Of a DNA stretch of 64,000 nucleotides, positions 18,274 through 29,000 are shown piece by piece. The stretch is from Acidobacteriota bacterium (lineage in GTDB: Bacteria > Acidobacteriota > Vicinamibacteria > Vicinamibacterales > SCN-69-37): positions 1,163,603 through 1,227,602 of the forward strand of contig JADJUS010000004.1 in the NCBI GenBank assembly GCA_016716905.1. Direction: 5' to 3'. A model generated the notes under the pieces. That model made no database searches and had not been told where the DNA came from. It was given only the letters and a program-made list of their open reading frames with translations. The translations under genes were made by a program, and so were the position numbers. Positions within the stretch are counted from its first letter, which is position 1. Every line of letters starts with the position of its first letter.

Positions 18274-20036
18274 CCTTCGCGAATCTGTCGGCGCTCGGGG
18301 TGGTGGCGGGCCTGGCCGGGCTGGCCGCGCTGCTGTTCGCGTTGCAGCAACTTCGCACCCGCTACCGCAACGTGACCGTCGTCACCACCTTGTTCTGGAA
18401 GCAGGTGGTGCACGAAGCGCCGGTCAGAAAACTGCGTGACAAATTTCGCCACCCGCTCGCCTACGCCCTGGTGCTCGCGATTTGCTCGCTCCTGTGGCTC
18501 GCCGTGGCCGAGCCGCAATTCGGTCGTCGGCCGGATCAGACATTCCACATCCTGGTGCTCGACGGATCGGCGGGCATGGCCGCCGGAAACCGGTTCGCCG
18601 ACGCTGTGGACGCGCTCGAACGGCAGGTCGCCCGTTTGCCCAGCGACCGGCGCCAGGTGATCTGGAGCGGCGCGGACACTCGACCGTTGCTCAACCCTGG
18701 TGAACACGCGCTGCTCTTGCGCGCGCGCCTGGACCGGTTGGCGCCGCAGGCCGCCCCGGCGTCGCTTGAGCGGCTGCTGCGGCAGCTCAGTGCGACCTCG
18801 GCCAATGGCGGCAGTGAGTCGCCCACATCGATTCTGGTGTTTGGAGACGCCCCCGTTCGGAAACAGGTACTGGACCTGGTCCCCGCGTCGATGACGGTGA
18901 AGCGGGCCACCGCGCCGGCGCCGCTTGCGGGCAACAGCGGCATCACGGCGCTTGGGGTGTCTGATGCCGCTTCCGGCGCCTGGGACAAGGTGGACGTCTT
19001 CGTGCAGGTGCAAAGCACAGGCGACCGCCGCGCGGCACCGGTCGTGACGGCGGCGAATGCGCCCGGTGTCCGAATCGAAGTCAACGGACAGGCTGTGCCA
19101 GGCAACGCGATCGCGCGTGTCGGCCAGGGCTACGTTCTGTCTGACGTGCCGGCCGCGGGCGGCCTCCTGACCGCACGGGTTGTTGATGACCGATCAGGCG
19201 CCGACAGCCTTCCACTCGACGACGTGGCCCGCCTGCGATTGCCCACCAAGCCCATTCTCAGCGTGCAACTCTCGTCGTCATTGCAGGCCGTGCTCGGGCC
19301 GCTGCTTGAGGCGGACGCCGGCGTGACGCTCGTCGCGGAGCAGGCCGATGTGGTCATCCGGCGGAAAGGCGAGTCGGTGGGCGGCAACGCGCCCGCGCTT
19401 GAGTTCGTGCCTGCGGCGTCCCAGACCCAGGCGTTCCTGTTGACGCATCCGGATTCCCTGAGTTCGAGTGCGGTGTTCACCAACGCGGTCGCCGACATCG
19501 GGTTGCAGCAGATCGACGCGATGAGCCTGGCGCGCTCGTCTGGCCGTCCGATCGAAGTCTCAATCACGTCCGGCAGTCAGTGGCGCTTCTCCGTGTGGGA
19601 GGAACTGCTCGCGGACGAGTTCGACTTCACACGGTCTCGCGCCTTCCCGCTGTTTGTGGCCAACGCGGTGCGCTGGCTCGCCGATACGGAGAGCTGGCAT
19701 CCGTATGTCGCCGCCGGCCGGCCGCTCATCACGTCTTCCACCGGTCGTAGCACTGAGATTCTCAACGCCGCCGGCCGCGTGCTGGATCCCATCGGCGCCA
19801 GTTTTGTTCCCGTCGTCGCAGGCGACCTCAAGGTGAACGGACGTGCGGCGCCGTTGTCGGTCTCGCTGCTCGACGCCGAAGTGACGACCGGTGCGCGCGA
19901 CGAGTCATTGGCGATAGCGACGTTGGCGCCGGTCGATCTCACGCCGGCGACGGGGCTCGTCACGGGCCTGTTAATCCTCGCGCTGCTGCTCCTCGCGGCC
20001 GAGTGGTACTTCTTCCAGATGGGCCGGATGCCGTAG
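18270..20036 (+). CDS. BatA-N (aerotolerance-regulator N-terminal, double-TM) domain membrane protein
   Basis: N-terminus MTFANLSALGVVAGLAGLAALLFALQQLRTRYRNVTVVTTLFWKQVV fits the BatA N-terminal pattern. A C-terminal TM helix is present (LVTGLLILALLLLAAEWYFF). ATGA overlap with the DUF58 gene. Confidence 0.78.
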   Translation: MTFANLSALGVVAGLAGLAALLFALQQLRTRYRNVTVVTTLFWKQVVHEAPVRKLRDKFRHPLAYALVLAICSLLWLAVAEPQFGRRPDQTFHILVLDGSAGMAAGNRFADAVDALERQVARLPSDRRQVIWSGADTRPLLNPGEHALLLRARLDRLAPQAAPASLERLLRQLSATSANGGSESPTSILVFGDAPVRKQVLDLVPASMTVKRATAPAPLAGNSGITALGVSDAASGAWDKVDVFVQVQSTGDRRAAPVVTAANAPGVRIEVNGQAVPGNAIARVGQGYVLSDVPAAGGLLTARVVDDRSGADSLPLDDVARLRLPTKPILSVQLSSSLQAVLGPLLEADAGVTLVAEQADVVIRRKGESVGGNAPALEFVPAASQTQAFLLTHPDSLSSSAVFTNAVADIGLQQIDAMSLARSSGRPIEVSITSGSQWRFSVWEELLADEFDFTRSRAFPLFVANAVRWLADTESWHPYVAAGRPLITSSTGRSTEILNAAGRVLDPIGASFVPVVAGDLKVNGRAAPLSVSLLDAEVTTGARDESLAIATLAPVDLTPATGLVTGLLILALLLLAAEWYFFQMGRMP

Positions 20037-20043
20037 TGACGTC

Positions 20044-22596
20044 ATGACGGTCAGCTTCCTGTATCCGTGGTTTCTCCTGCTGGCGCCCGCCATCGCGCTG
20101 CTGTGGTTCCTGCCGCGCCGCAGTAGGGGCCGCGATCGTACTCAGCGAATCTTGCGCACCGGCGTGTTCCTTCTTGTCGTGCTGGCCCTGGCTCGTCCGG
20201 TGTTGCTCACATCCGACAGCGAGACCTACCAGGTGTTTGTGGTGGATGAGTCCGGGAGCGTCAGCCCTGCACGGAGAGTCCGGCAGCGCGAGGCTGTGGC
20301 ACAACTTCGCGGTGAATTCCCCGCCTCGACCTCGTCGCTTGTCGTCGTAGGAGCCGGCTTCGAGGATCGCACCGGGTTTGGTGCGGTCACTGAGATTCGC
20401 GACAGTCACAGCGGGTCGCCACTGGGTGCGGCTATCGGTGCCGCGGCACGACAGGTGCCCGAAGGCGCCCGCGGCGTCATTCATCTGTTCACAGATGGCC
20501 TGGCCACCGACCGGCGTTGGGCCCCCGAGGTGCAGCAGGTCATCGATCGCGGCATCACGCTGCACACCTACGATCTCGGATACGACCCCGCCGACGTGTA
20601 CCCCGCCGGACTGACGGCCAGGGGTCTGTTGCGAGTGGGCCAGACAGCGCATGTCGAAGTGAGCGTGGCAGGCACCGGCACCGGGCTGCGTGTGCGTCTT
20701 GTGGGCGCCGGCGGTGAAGAGATCGCGGTCTCGGCCCCGTTTGACAGCGACGAACACGCAACAGTGCCGCTGACGTTCGAACCGAAGTCGGCCGGGTTCC
20801 TCAGTGTGGCAGCGCAGGTGGTTGACGCGGAGAAGGACTCGAATTCCAGCAACAACGAGTTCCGTGGAACTCTGGCCGTCCAGGATCCGCTTCGCGTGTT
20901 TTACCTCGGCGATCGGGTCCGGGGCGCAGCCTCCAGAATGGGCGGCCTGCTCGGTCGCGGATTTGATGTGGCCGATGGAAGCACACAGGCCCTGTCGCCA
21001 AACATCAATTTGTCGTCGTACGACATGGTGCTGCTCGACGACCGGCCGGCCAGCCTGGTGCCGGAGTCGTTTCAGCAGCACCTGGCGGATGCAGTGGCGC
21101 ACCAGGGTCTTGGCCTGGTGTTCTCAGGCGGCAAATCCGCATTTGGCACGGGTGGCTACGACGGCACTCCCGTCGCGACCATCTCGCCTGTGGAGTTTGT
21201 GCAGCGGACAGAGAAGCGCGACCCCAGCACCGCGTTGGCGATCATCATCGATACGTCGGGGTCGATGACCGGCACGCGCCTCGAGTTGGCGAAGCAGGTG
21301 GCCCGCCTGGCCGTCAGACGCCTCAAGGCCCACGACCGCATCGGCATCGTCGAGTTCTACGGCAACAAACATTGGGCGGTGCCGCTGCAGTCGGCGGCCA
21401 ACAAGATCACGATTGACCGCGCCATTGGCCGCATGCAGGCGATTGGCGGCACGGTGCTCCGACCGGGCCTGGAAGAGGCGTACTACGGACTGAAAAACGT
21501 GGACACGCGCTACAAGCACATCCTGGTCATCACCGACGCCGGCGTCGAGACCTCCGACTACGAGACCATCATCCGGCAACTGACGAAGGACGGCATCAAC
21601 CTGTCCACAGTGCTGGTGGGCGCGCAGGCGCACAACCAGTTGCTCATCGACCTCGCGTCGTGGGGCAAGGGACGCTTCTACTCGGCCATCGATCGGTACA
21701 GCCTGCCGGAAGTCATCCTGAAGCAGCCGTCCACGATGAAGCTGCCGGCGTACAAGACTGGTGCGTTCGGCGTGCAGAGTCGCGGTGGTGAAGGCTGGTG
21801 GAGTGATATCGACCGCCGCGCGATGCCTGCGCTCAACGGCTACGTGGAAACCACGATGCGCGATGGCGCCGACGCCCTCATGGAAGTGGCGGGCAGCGGC
21901 GACCCCCTGCTGGCGACATGGCGCTACGGGCTTGGGCGCGTCACGGCCATGATGACCGAGCCCGTGGGTGAAGGCACCACAGGCTGGGCGAGGTGGCGCG
22001 ACTACGGCCGTATGATGGCGCGCATCGTTTCTCGCACGGCCGACGACTCGCGGCTGTTCGACTACCAGGTCCAGCGAATCGATCACGAGGTGGAGGTCAC
22101 CGCGCGGCGCACCAGCCGCGACTCCACGTTGTATCCGGAAGCTGCGGTGCTCGACACCGAAGGCCGCCAGACTGGAGTCGTCACATTACGTGAACTGGCG
22201 CCCGGCCATTTTTCCGGTCGCGTCGCTGTAGACCCGGCTGAGGCCGTGCGAGTGCTGGCCTCCGCGCATCACGTGAGTGGGGCGCAGGCAGGCCAGCAAC
22301 CGACCCACCTCATCTCACCTGCACTCGACGATGTGGCTGGTGAACAGCAGGTTGATCCCGTGAAGGGCCTGGATCTGGAAGCGCTGGCGGCGGCCACGGG
22401 CGGTGCGTATACCGACCCCGAGCTGCTCACCGCCGGCACATTCACGAGCACCACCGCGCTTGGTCCTACGCAGGATGCCGGCGCGTCACTCTCGGCGGTC
22501 CGGTTGTGGCCGGTGCTGCTGCTGTTGGGTCTGTTGCTGTATCTTGCTGAAATCACCTATCGTCGCTGGCCGTCTGCCTCCACAGAAGGGAACTGA
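20044..22596 (+). CDS. BatA-N membrane protein with two von Willebrand factor A domains
   Basis: N-terminus MTVSFLYPWFLLLAPAIALLWFLPRR. MIDAS motifs VFVVDESGSVS (about 20241) and IIIDTSGSMTG (about 21241). C-terminal TM helix LWPVLLLLGLLLYLAEI. Confidence 0.85.
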   Translation: MTVSFLYPWFLLLAPAIALLWFLPRRSRGRDRTQRILRTGVFLLVVLALARPVLLTSDSETYQVFVVDESGSVSPARRVRQREAVAQLRGEFPASTSSLVVVGAGFEDRTGFGAVTEIRDSHSGSPLGAAIGAAARQVPEGARGVIHLFTDGLATDRRWAPEVQQVIDRGITLHTYDLGYDPADVYPAGLTARGLLRVGQTAHVEVSVAGTGTGLRVRLVGAGGEEIAVSAPFDSDEHATVPLTFEPKSAGFLSVAAQVVDAEKDSNSSNNEFRGTLAVQDPLRVFYLGDRVRGAASRMGGLLGRGFDVADGSTQALSPNINLSSYDMVLLDDRPASLVPESFQQHLADAVAHQGLGLVFSGGKSAFGTGGYDGTPVATISPVEFVQRTEKRDPSTALAIIIDTSGSMTGTRLELAKQVARLAVRRLKAHDRIGIVEFYGNKHWAVPLQSAANKITIDRAIGRMQAIGGTVLRPGLEEAYYGLKNVDTRYKHILVITDAGVETSDYETIIRQLTKDGINLSTVLVGAQAHNQLLIDLASWGKGRFYSAIDRYSLPEVILKQPSTMKLPAYKTGAFGVQSRGGEGWWSDIDRRAMPALNGYVETTMRDGADALMEVAGSGDPLLATWRYGLGRVTAMMTEPVGEGTTGWARWRDYGRMMARIVSRTADDSRLFDYQVQRIDHEVEVTARRTSRDSTLYPEAAVLDTEGRQTGVVTLRELAPGHFSGRVAVDPAEAVRVLASAHHVSGAQAGQQPTHLISPALDDVAGEQQVDPVKGLDLEALAAATGGAYTDPELLTAGTFTSTTALGPTQDAGASLSAVRLWPVLLLLGLLLYLAEITYRRWPSASTEGN

Positions 22597-22598
22597 TC

Positions 22599-23084
22599 AT
22601 GAAATCACCATGGGTCGTGTTCACGAATGCCTTCGTGTTTTTCGGGACAACGCTGTATGTCGGCGTGCTCTGGGCGCTCCACTTCTTCTGGTTTCCCAGT
22701 TGGAACAACCTGAAGGTGGACAACTACTACGATCAGTTCATTCCACAGACGTCCACGGCCACCGAGTTCTTCACGGTGCTGGTGCCCCTGATGTTTCTGG
22801 GGCACGTGATCATGTGCTGGAAGGACTGGAAGACGCGGATGCGGTGGGTCAGCATCGGCGCGCTTGCCTGCCTGGGCGCGGCCACCTACGTCGGCACCCT
22901 GCACATCATTCCGGTGAACAAGATTCTGGCCGGCCGCCTGACCGACCAGGCCCAGGTGACCGAGTTGCTGCAGAAGTGGATGTGGCTCAACGACATCCGC
23001 ATGGTGCTGATGACGCTGGGCTGGATTCTGTTGATGTACTACTTCGGGTCCAAAGCGTATCGCGCCGATCGAGCCGGACTATAA
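22599..23084 (+). CDS. four-TM membrane protein, DUF1772-like
   Basis: 161 aa with four hydrophobic helices. HIIPVNKILAG...LLQKWMWLNDIRMVL resembles the DUF1772 signature (P-x-N ... W ... R). Starts 2 nt after the VWA gene stop. Confidence 0.62.
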   Translation: MKSPWVVFTNAFVFFGTTLYVGVLWALHFFWFPSWNNLKVDNYYDQFIPQTSTATEFFTVLVPLMFLGHVIMCWKDWKTRMRWVSIGALACLGAATYVGTLHIIPVNKILAGRLTDQAQVTELLQKWMWLNDIRMVLMTLGWILLMYYFGSKAYRADRAGL

Positions 23085-23088
23085 CCGC

Positions 23089-26000
23089 ATGCATGTGTTC
23101 GTAGTCGTTTCCCTGTTCGCCGGCCTGCTGGGCACCGTTCCCCAGCAGGCGCGGACGATCACCGTACCCGTGCGGATCGAGCCGCGGGTGGTTGAGCGGC
23201 TGTACAACGAGGCCATCATCAGGGACGGGTCCATCGACCCGCTGGTCGGGCAACTGGGCGCGCTGTGTGCGGATGTCGCGCGGCCGAAACGTTCGCGTGC
23301 AAACGCGTGCCTGCTGCGCAGCCACCTCGAGTGGCGGCACGGACGGATGGCGCCGGCCATGGCTGCGGCTGACGAGGGACTCGCCGTTGATCCGTACGAC
23401 GACATGGTGTTTCACAAGGCGCGGCTGTTCGACGCGTCTGGCAAGATGGACGAGACGCGCGAGTGGTACCAGAAGGCGCTGTCGCTCACGACCAACCCGC
23501 AGCTGAAGGAGACCATCCGCCTCCGCCTGACATTCACTGAAGTCATCGCGAAGGATGTGCAGGGCCTGGTGGCGTTGGCGAAAGCCAGTCCGCGTGACTT
23601 CAGGAATCGCGCGGCGATCGCGCTCGCGATTCTCGACTTCGACAAAGAGGCGGCGGACCTGTACCAGGTCTTCGGTGAAGGCACCGACCGGTTTCGGCAC
23701 CATATCCGGGTGGCCCAGTGGGCCATCCAGGCGGGCGACGCACCCAAGGCGCAGACCGAAAGCTGGCAGGCGGTACAAACCGCGACCTTCGATCGCGATC
23801 GCAACTATGGGCTGAGCCTGCTGGTGGAAGCCCACACGCTGGACAAATCACTCGACAAGCTCCTGGACCGGTTTGCGCAGCAGCCCACGCTTTCCCCGGA
23901 AGCCCAGAGCGTGCGCATCGATCTGTTGCGCCAGACGGGGCAGTACGACAAGGCCATCGAACTCTTCAAGAGTGCGAATGGCCAGCAGCTCGGTCCTGAG
24001 ATGCGCCGCGAGTTGTTGCGGATGTACCGCGACGCCGGGCAGGATGCCGCCATGGTGGCCGAATATCGCCGCCTCATTTCAAGTGAGCCGGCGCTCACCG
24101 ACTGGGTGGAGGGCCTGAGCCAGTACTACCTGGAGCAAGGCGACCAGCAAAGCGCACGCGCCTTGTGGAAGGACTTCCTCGATCGCAACACCGTGGTCGG
24201 CACGTTGCTCATCGGCAGCGATGCGATGACCGACTTTGGCCTGCACGATCTGGCGGTGGCCGCCACTGAAAAGGCCCTCGCCAACAGTCCAGGCATCGAA
24301 GACGCTGCGCAGGTCCGCCTCGCGCAATTCGAACTCCATCGTCAGCGCGGGGCCAACGCAGATGCCGAGGCTGCTCTGGCGGCGCTCGATGCGCTGCTGC
24401 CTGCCCAGTCACCCTTCAGAACGGAGTTGGCAGACGCGTACGAGCGCATCCAGAAACCACAGCTCGCCGCCACCACACTGGAGCGCCTCTCTGCCAGCAA
24501 GGGCGGCCTGAGTATTGACGAACGCATGCGCCTGGCCTGGCTCTTCGATTCAACCGGTCGGCGAGACGATGCCCTGCTGATCTGGCGGGAGTTGTGGAAT
24601 AGCGAGAGCCTGGCGGCACGGCGCAAGCTGGTGGAAGAACGGCTGCTGATGCTGGCTGCGGAACTGGGCACGCTCGGCGAACTCGCGGTGGACCTGGAAG
24701 AGAAACTCGCGAATGGCACCGCCGTCCCTCGCGACGTCAGCTTGCTCGTGAGCATCTACACCAAGGTGGGCGACTCGGTCTCGGCCATCGAGGTGGTGAC
24801 CAGCGCGGCAGCCCAGAAGGGCAATGCGAAGACCGAAGTCGAGAGTCTGAAAGAGCAGGCGCAAATCTACCTGGCGCTCGCCGAGTATCCCGACTTCACC
24901 CGTGTGACGCGACGGCTGATGGAGGTCGATCCCGACCGGAAGGTTGACTATCTCCAGTCGTTGTTGTTGAACCAGATCGAAGCCGGCGCCGATGGCGTGC
25001 AGGATGGCCAGGACGGCACCGTTCAGTTACGCGAGTGGCTGGGCCAACTCAGGAAAGTGGGCGGCGATGCCGTGGGCGCCGAGTTCGAAGCCGGCGTGCT
25101 TGAGATGGCGGGCTTCCGCGATCAGGCGCTGGAATCGTATCGCCGGGCGCTTGCGCAGCACCCCGAGCGCGCCGACGACCATCTGCTGCTCGCAGACCTG
25201 CTGCGCCAGGCCGGCCGTCAGGCCGAGGCCGTGACGAGCCTGCAGTACGTGACCGAAACGGCCGAGAGCGACGAGCTGTTCCTCGTGGCCATCGACGGCA
25301 TCACCAACATGCGCGCCGGCGAGACCACCATCAAGTGGGCGCAGCGGCGCGCGCTGGAGCGTCTCACGTCGCGCGATGACAAGTTGTATCTCTACGAGAT
25401 GCTGGCCGAGCTGGCCGAGGAGACCAAAGACGCCAAGGCCTACATCGCGACGCTTGAAACGTCGCTGGCGCACGCCGACAGCCGCCGGTCGCACGTGCTG
25501 CGCGAACTGCTGGCCGCCACGGCCGAGGTCACTACGTACGAAGCCAGCCTTCGCCTGGCCAATCCAGAGGCGGCACTCAACGTGGCGTACGCCAGGCGCC
25601 TCATTGCGCTGGGTGAAGAGCTGCCGCCCGACGTGTACGTGGATCTTGGCCGTACGTTCATCAAGATGAACGATCCGGCAGCCGCGAGACGGGCGTTCGA
25701 CCTCGCCGTGGATCGCACCGGCCGGACGTCGGTGGTGGTGGACGCCGCCAAGTTGTTTGAGCGGGGCGGATTTGATCGCGAGGCCATCAGGGAATACGAG
25801 CGCGCGCTGGTGGCCAACAGTAGCGACCTCGAAACGATGGTGAGGCTGGCGCGCCTGCGTGAACGTGCCGGTGCGGTGGACACCGCCAACGAGCTCTACC
25901 TGCGCGCCCTCCTCGGCGTCCTGGGCCGTCAGAACCGGAAGATCGAAGGGAGCGGACCGGCCCCGGCCCTCGAGACTCAGGTGACGTTTGAATACAAGCG

Positions 26001-29000
26001 GTACTACCAAATCCTGCTGAGTGGGGTGCTCGCGACGCTGCCGCAGGCGACGGCGCCGGCCGGCGCCACCGTGGCGCGCCTGGCTCCGATTGAAGCGGCG
26101 TTCGATCAGGAACTGCGTCAGGTGGCCGCGTCAGAAACGACGACCGCGCCCCTCGGACATTTCCCGCGCCTGGCCGTGTATACCCAGACGTTACGCGCGT
26201 TGGCGTATGGCGCTGGCGTGCCGGCCGTGTCCGATCGCGCCGATGCGGCACTGCGCCGGCAGTTCAGCGCGGATCCGAGCGTGGCGGCGCAGGCCGTGCA
26301 GGAGCGCGAACGCTGGGGTTATTCGACGCCCGAAGCCGCGTCGGCGAATCGGCCGATGGACAGCGCCGACTATATGCGGGATGTCGGTGTGGCGTTGAGC
26401 GCCGGCGATCAGGACGCCGCGCTCACGGCCTACCGGCAGTGGGCCCGGTTCGCCGGCTCGCCCAAGCCGCCGATTTTCCTGGGCACCATTGAGTTGCCGG
26501 ATCGATCGCCGGGCATTCCGGAAGTGGCGACCCACGCCTGGCAGCGTCTCGATGAACGTCACTTCGGTAGCCTCGCGCAACACATCCAGGGCATCATCGC
26601 CGACGACGACACGTACGCTGAGAAGCTCGTGCTCGATTTGATCTACCAGTACGAAGTGCCCGAGGTGCCGATCCTCACTCGCGTCGAGCAGGTGCTGGGG
26701 CAACCGTTGATCGCCGAGGAACGGTTGTGGCGGCTGGTCAATCAGCGCAAGGACTGGAGCCTGCTGAACGTGGCGTACGTCATCAGCCGTCTCGCTCCGG
26801 ATCGCCAGATCGATTTCATCGATCGGTATGCGAAGGCATCCGAACTCAATTGGCTGACGTTGCTCAAGTCGTGGGGCATCGTGCTGCAGAAGCCCATGGA
26901 CGCCCCGCGCGCCGCCCGCTTCATGACGGTGGTGAAAGCCGCGCTGGTGGGGAGTCTCAAGCGAGGCAGCGGCAGCGCGTTGCTGCCCAATTTCATGATC
27001 TATACGTTCTCGGCAGGGATTGCTCCCGTCAACGCGCCACTCGTGGAGGAGATTGAACAGTTCCTCGCCGAAAAGCATCCCCAGGTGTTCAAGGTGGGCT
27101 ACTGGAAGGCGTCCCTTTTGCGCGACCTTGGTCGCGACCAGGAAGCCATTGCCGCGTTTGTGGACGCCGCGCTGCAGATGTATGTGCCGCTGCCGCAGCC
27201 GGGCACCGCCATCCCGCAAGGCGCTCCGAGTCCGTACGCGTACAGCGGCTTCGTCAGTGCGTTCGCACCATTCCTGCTGCCGAAGTACAGAGGGGAGTTG
27301 CTGGCGCTGCTGGAACAGAAGGAGTCGGCGCCGGCGGGCCTCACAGAGGCGCTCATCAGCCTGCGCATGGAGTTGAGCCGCTTCGACCCGACGGGTGACT
27401 CGCGACAGCTCATGGCCGCTCTGCAGGGGTTGGCCGATCGCCATCCGAAAAACGAGCAGGTGCGCAACCTGCTGCATCCGCTGTACGACCAGTGGGGGAA
27501 CACGAACAAGGCGATTGAGGTACTGACCGAGTTGACGCGCCTGAAGCCCGACAATCGCGAGTACCGCTACAAATTGATTTCGCTGTGGCAGAAGCTCGAC
27601 TACCCCGAGAACGTGGTCAAGGTCGCCGGCGCGCAGACCGTGGACGAACTGGCGCCGCCGGTGGTGCGCAACTACTACATGGAGTCGGTGACCGGTGCGC
27701 CGACCGTGCGTTTCCCGACGCTGAAACGCGCACTTGATCAAATTAAGGCGTTGGCAACCGGTGGTGATCCGAAAGAGGCGGCCATGGGGTTGCGGACGTT
27801 GCTGCAGACGCTGCCGCCGGCCGGAATGTCGATCAACGAGTTTGCCCAGGCGCGCGACCAGGCCGACCCGTATCTGTACATCCGCGACTTCCTCATGCTC
27901 GATGGCGAGCCGCATCCAAAGACCGCCGACGCGCCGGAGTCGTCGGCCCCCGCAGTCCCGGTTGCGGCTGGCGGGATGGTCGCATTGCGGCCGGCCGCTC
28001 CGGCCGGCACGCCGCCAACGGCGAGCCGGACGCTGAACACGTACGACCGCTTGATGAAGTCGCTCGAATTGACAACCGCGGAGGTGACGCCGCGGGCCGC
28101 CAAACTCACGGAGGTCGTGGGGCGATCGGGATTTGGCATCGCCGAGCTTGAAGCGTTTCTCAGCAATCTGCGGGCCGCGGACATCGACAAGCAGTACGTC
28201 TTCATCAACATGCTGGTGGACGCCTATGTCAGCGGCGGTCGGGCCGATGACGAACTGCAGCGGCGATCGGCCGATGCAGCGTCCGGCCAGATGGGCCAGA
28301 AGAACGCGACCGTCTGGCTCGGCCTCGCAGCGAGGCAGCCGGGCGCACGTGCGAAGGACCTGCTACAGACTGCCGAAGCCGGTGGTCTGTTGAGCCGCGC
28401 CCAGAGTGCGTTGTCACAGATGTTCCTGGCGCGCTTGTATGCAGCGGCGGGCCAGCCGGACAACGCGCTGAAGACCTACATCCGCGTGGCCACAATGGTG
28501 CTGGCGGGCGCCGCAAATAACGTGCAGCCGAACCTGACCCAGACCGATGCCTACGGTCGCGACAACGGGCTGATGTTGTTTACCGGCCTTGGGTTGTTCG
28601 ACGAGGCGCGGCCGCGCCTTGACGCCGCCGGCCTGGACGCGCTTGTCGCGGAGATGCTGGCCCTGAGCCGGCCACCGGTCGGCCCGGTGGTGCAACAGAT
28701 GCACGCGCGCTTCGTGAACATCTTGTATGTGCGTGCGACAGGAGCGGGCCTGAGCCTGCCGTCGCTGCAGAAGGAAGCCGCGGCCATGCAGGTGACCTCG
28801 GCGTGGCCCAGGGCCGAGGTGCTGCAGGCGTCGTTTGTGCGGGCGCACATGGGCTCGCTCGATGAAGCGCTTCGGTTATTGCAGACGACGCTGAGCCGCG
28901 ACTTTGAGACGCGCGACATGATGACGAGCGCGCAATCAAACGCGCAGTTTGCCTGGCGGCAGTACCAGATCGCACTCGGACTAGCCGGCGACGCGCAGTT

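Noticed and set aside
25027-27915. Two long minus-strand ORFs (327 aa and 574 aa) inside the giant TPR gene
   Set aside because: Both lie antisense within one continuous 6.5-kb plus-strand ORF that has a consistent helical-repeat sequence. Both are Arg/Gly/His-rich, as expected for antisense frames of GC-rich coding DNA. The same reasoning applies to 13610..14659, 15164..16333, 16334..17287, 17263..18189, 18114..19013, 19960..21102, 21124..22086, 45653..46612 and 47336..48199.
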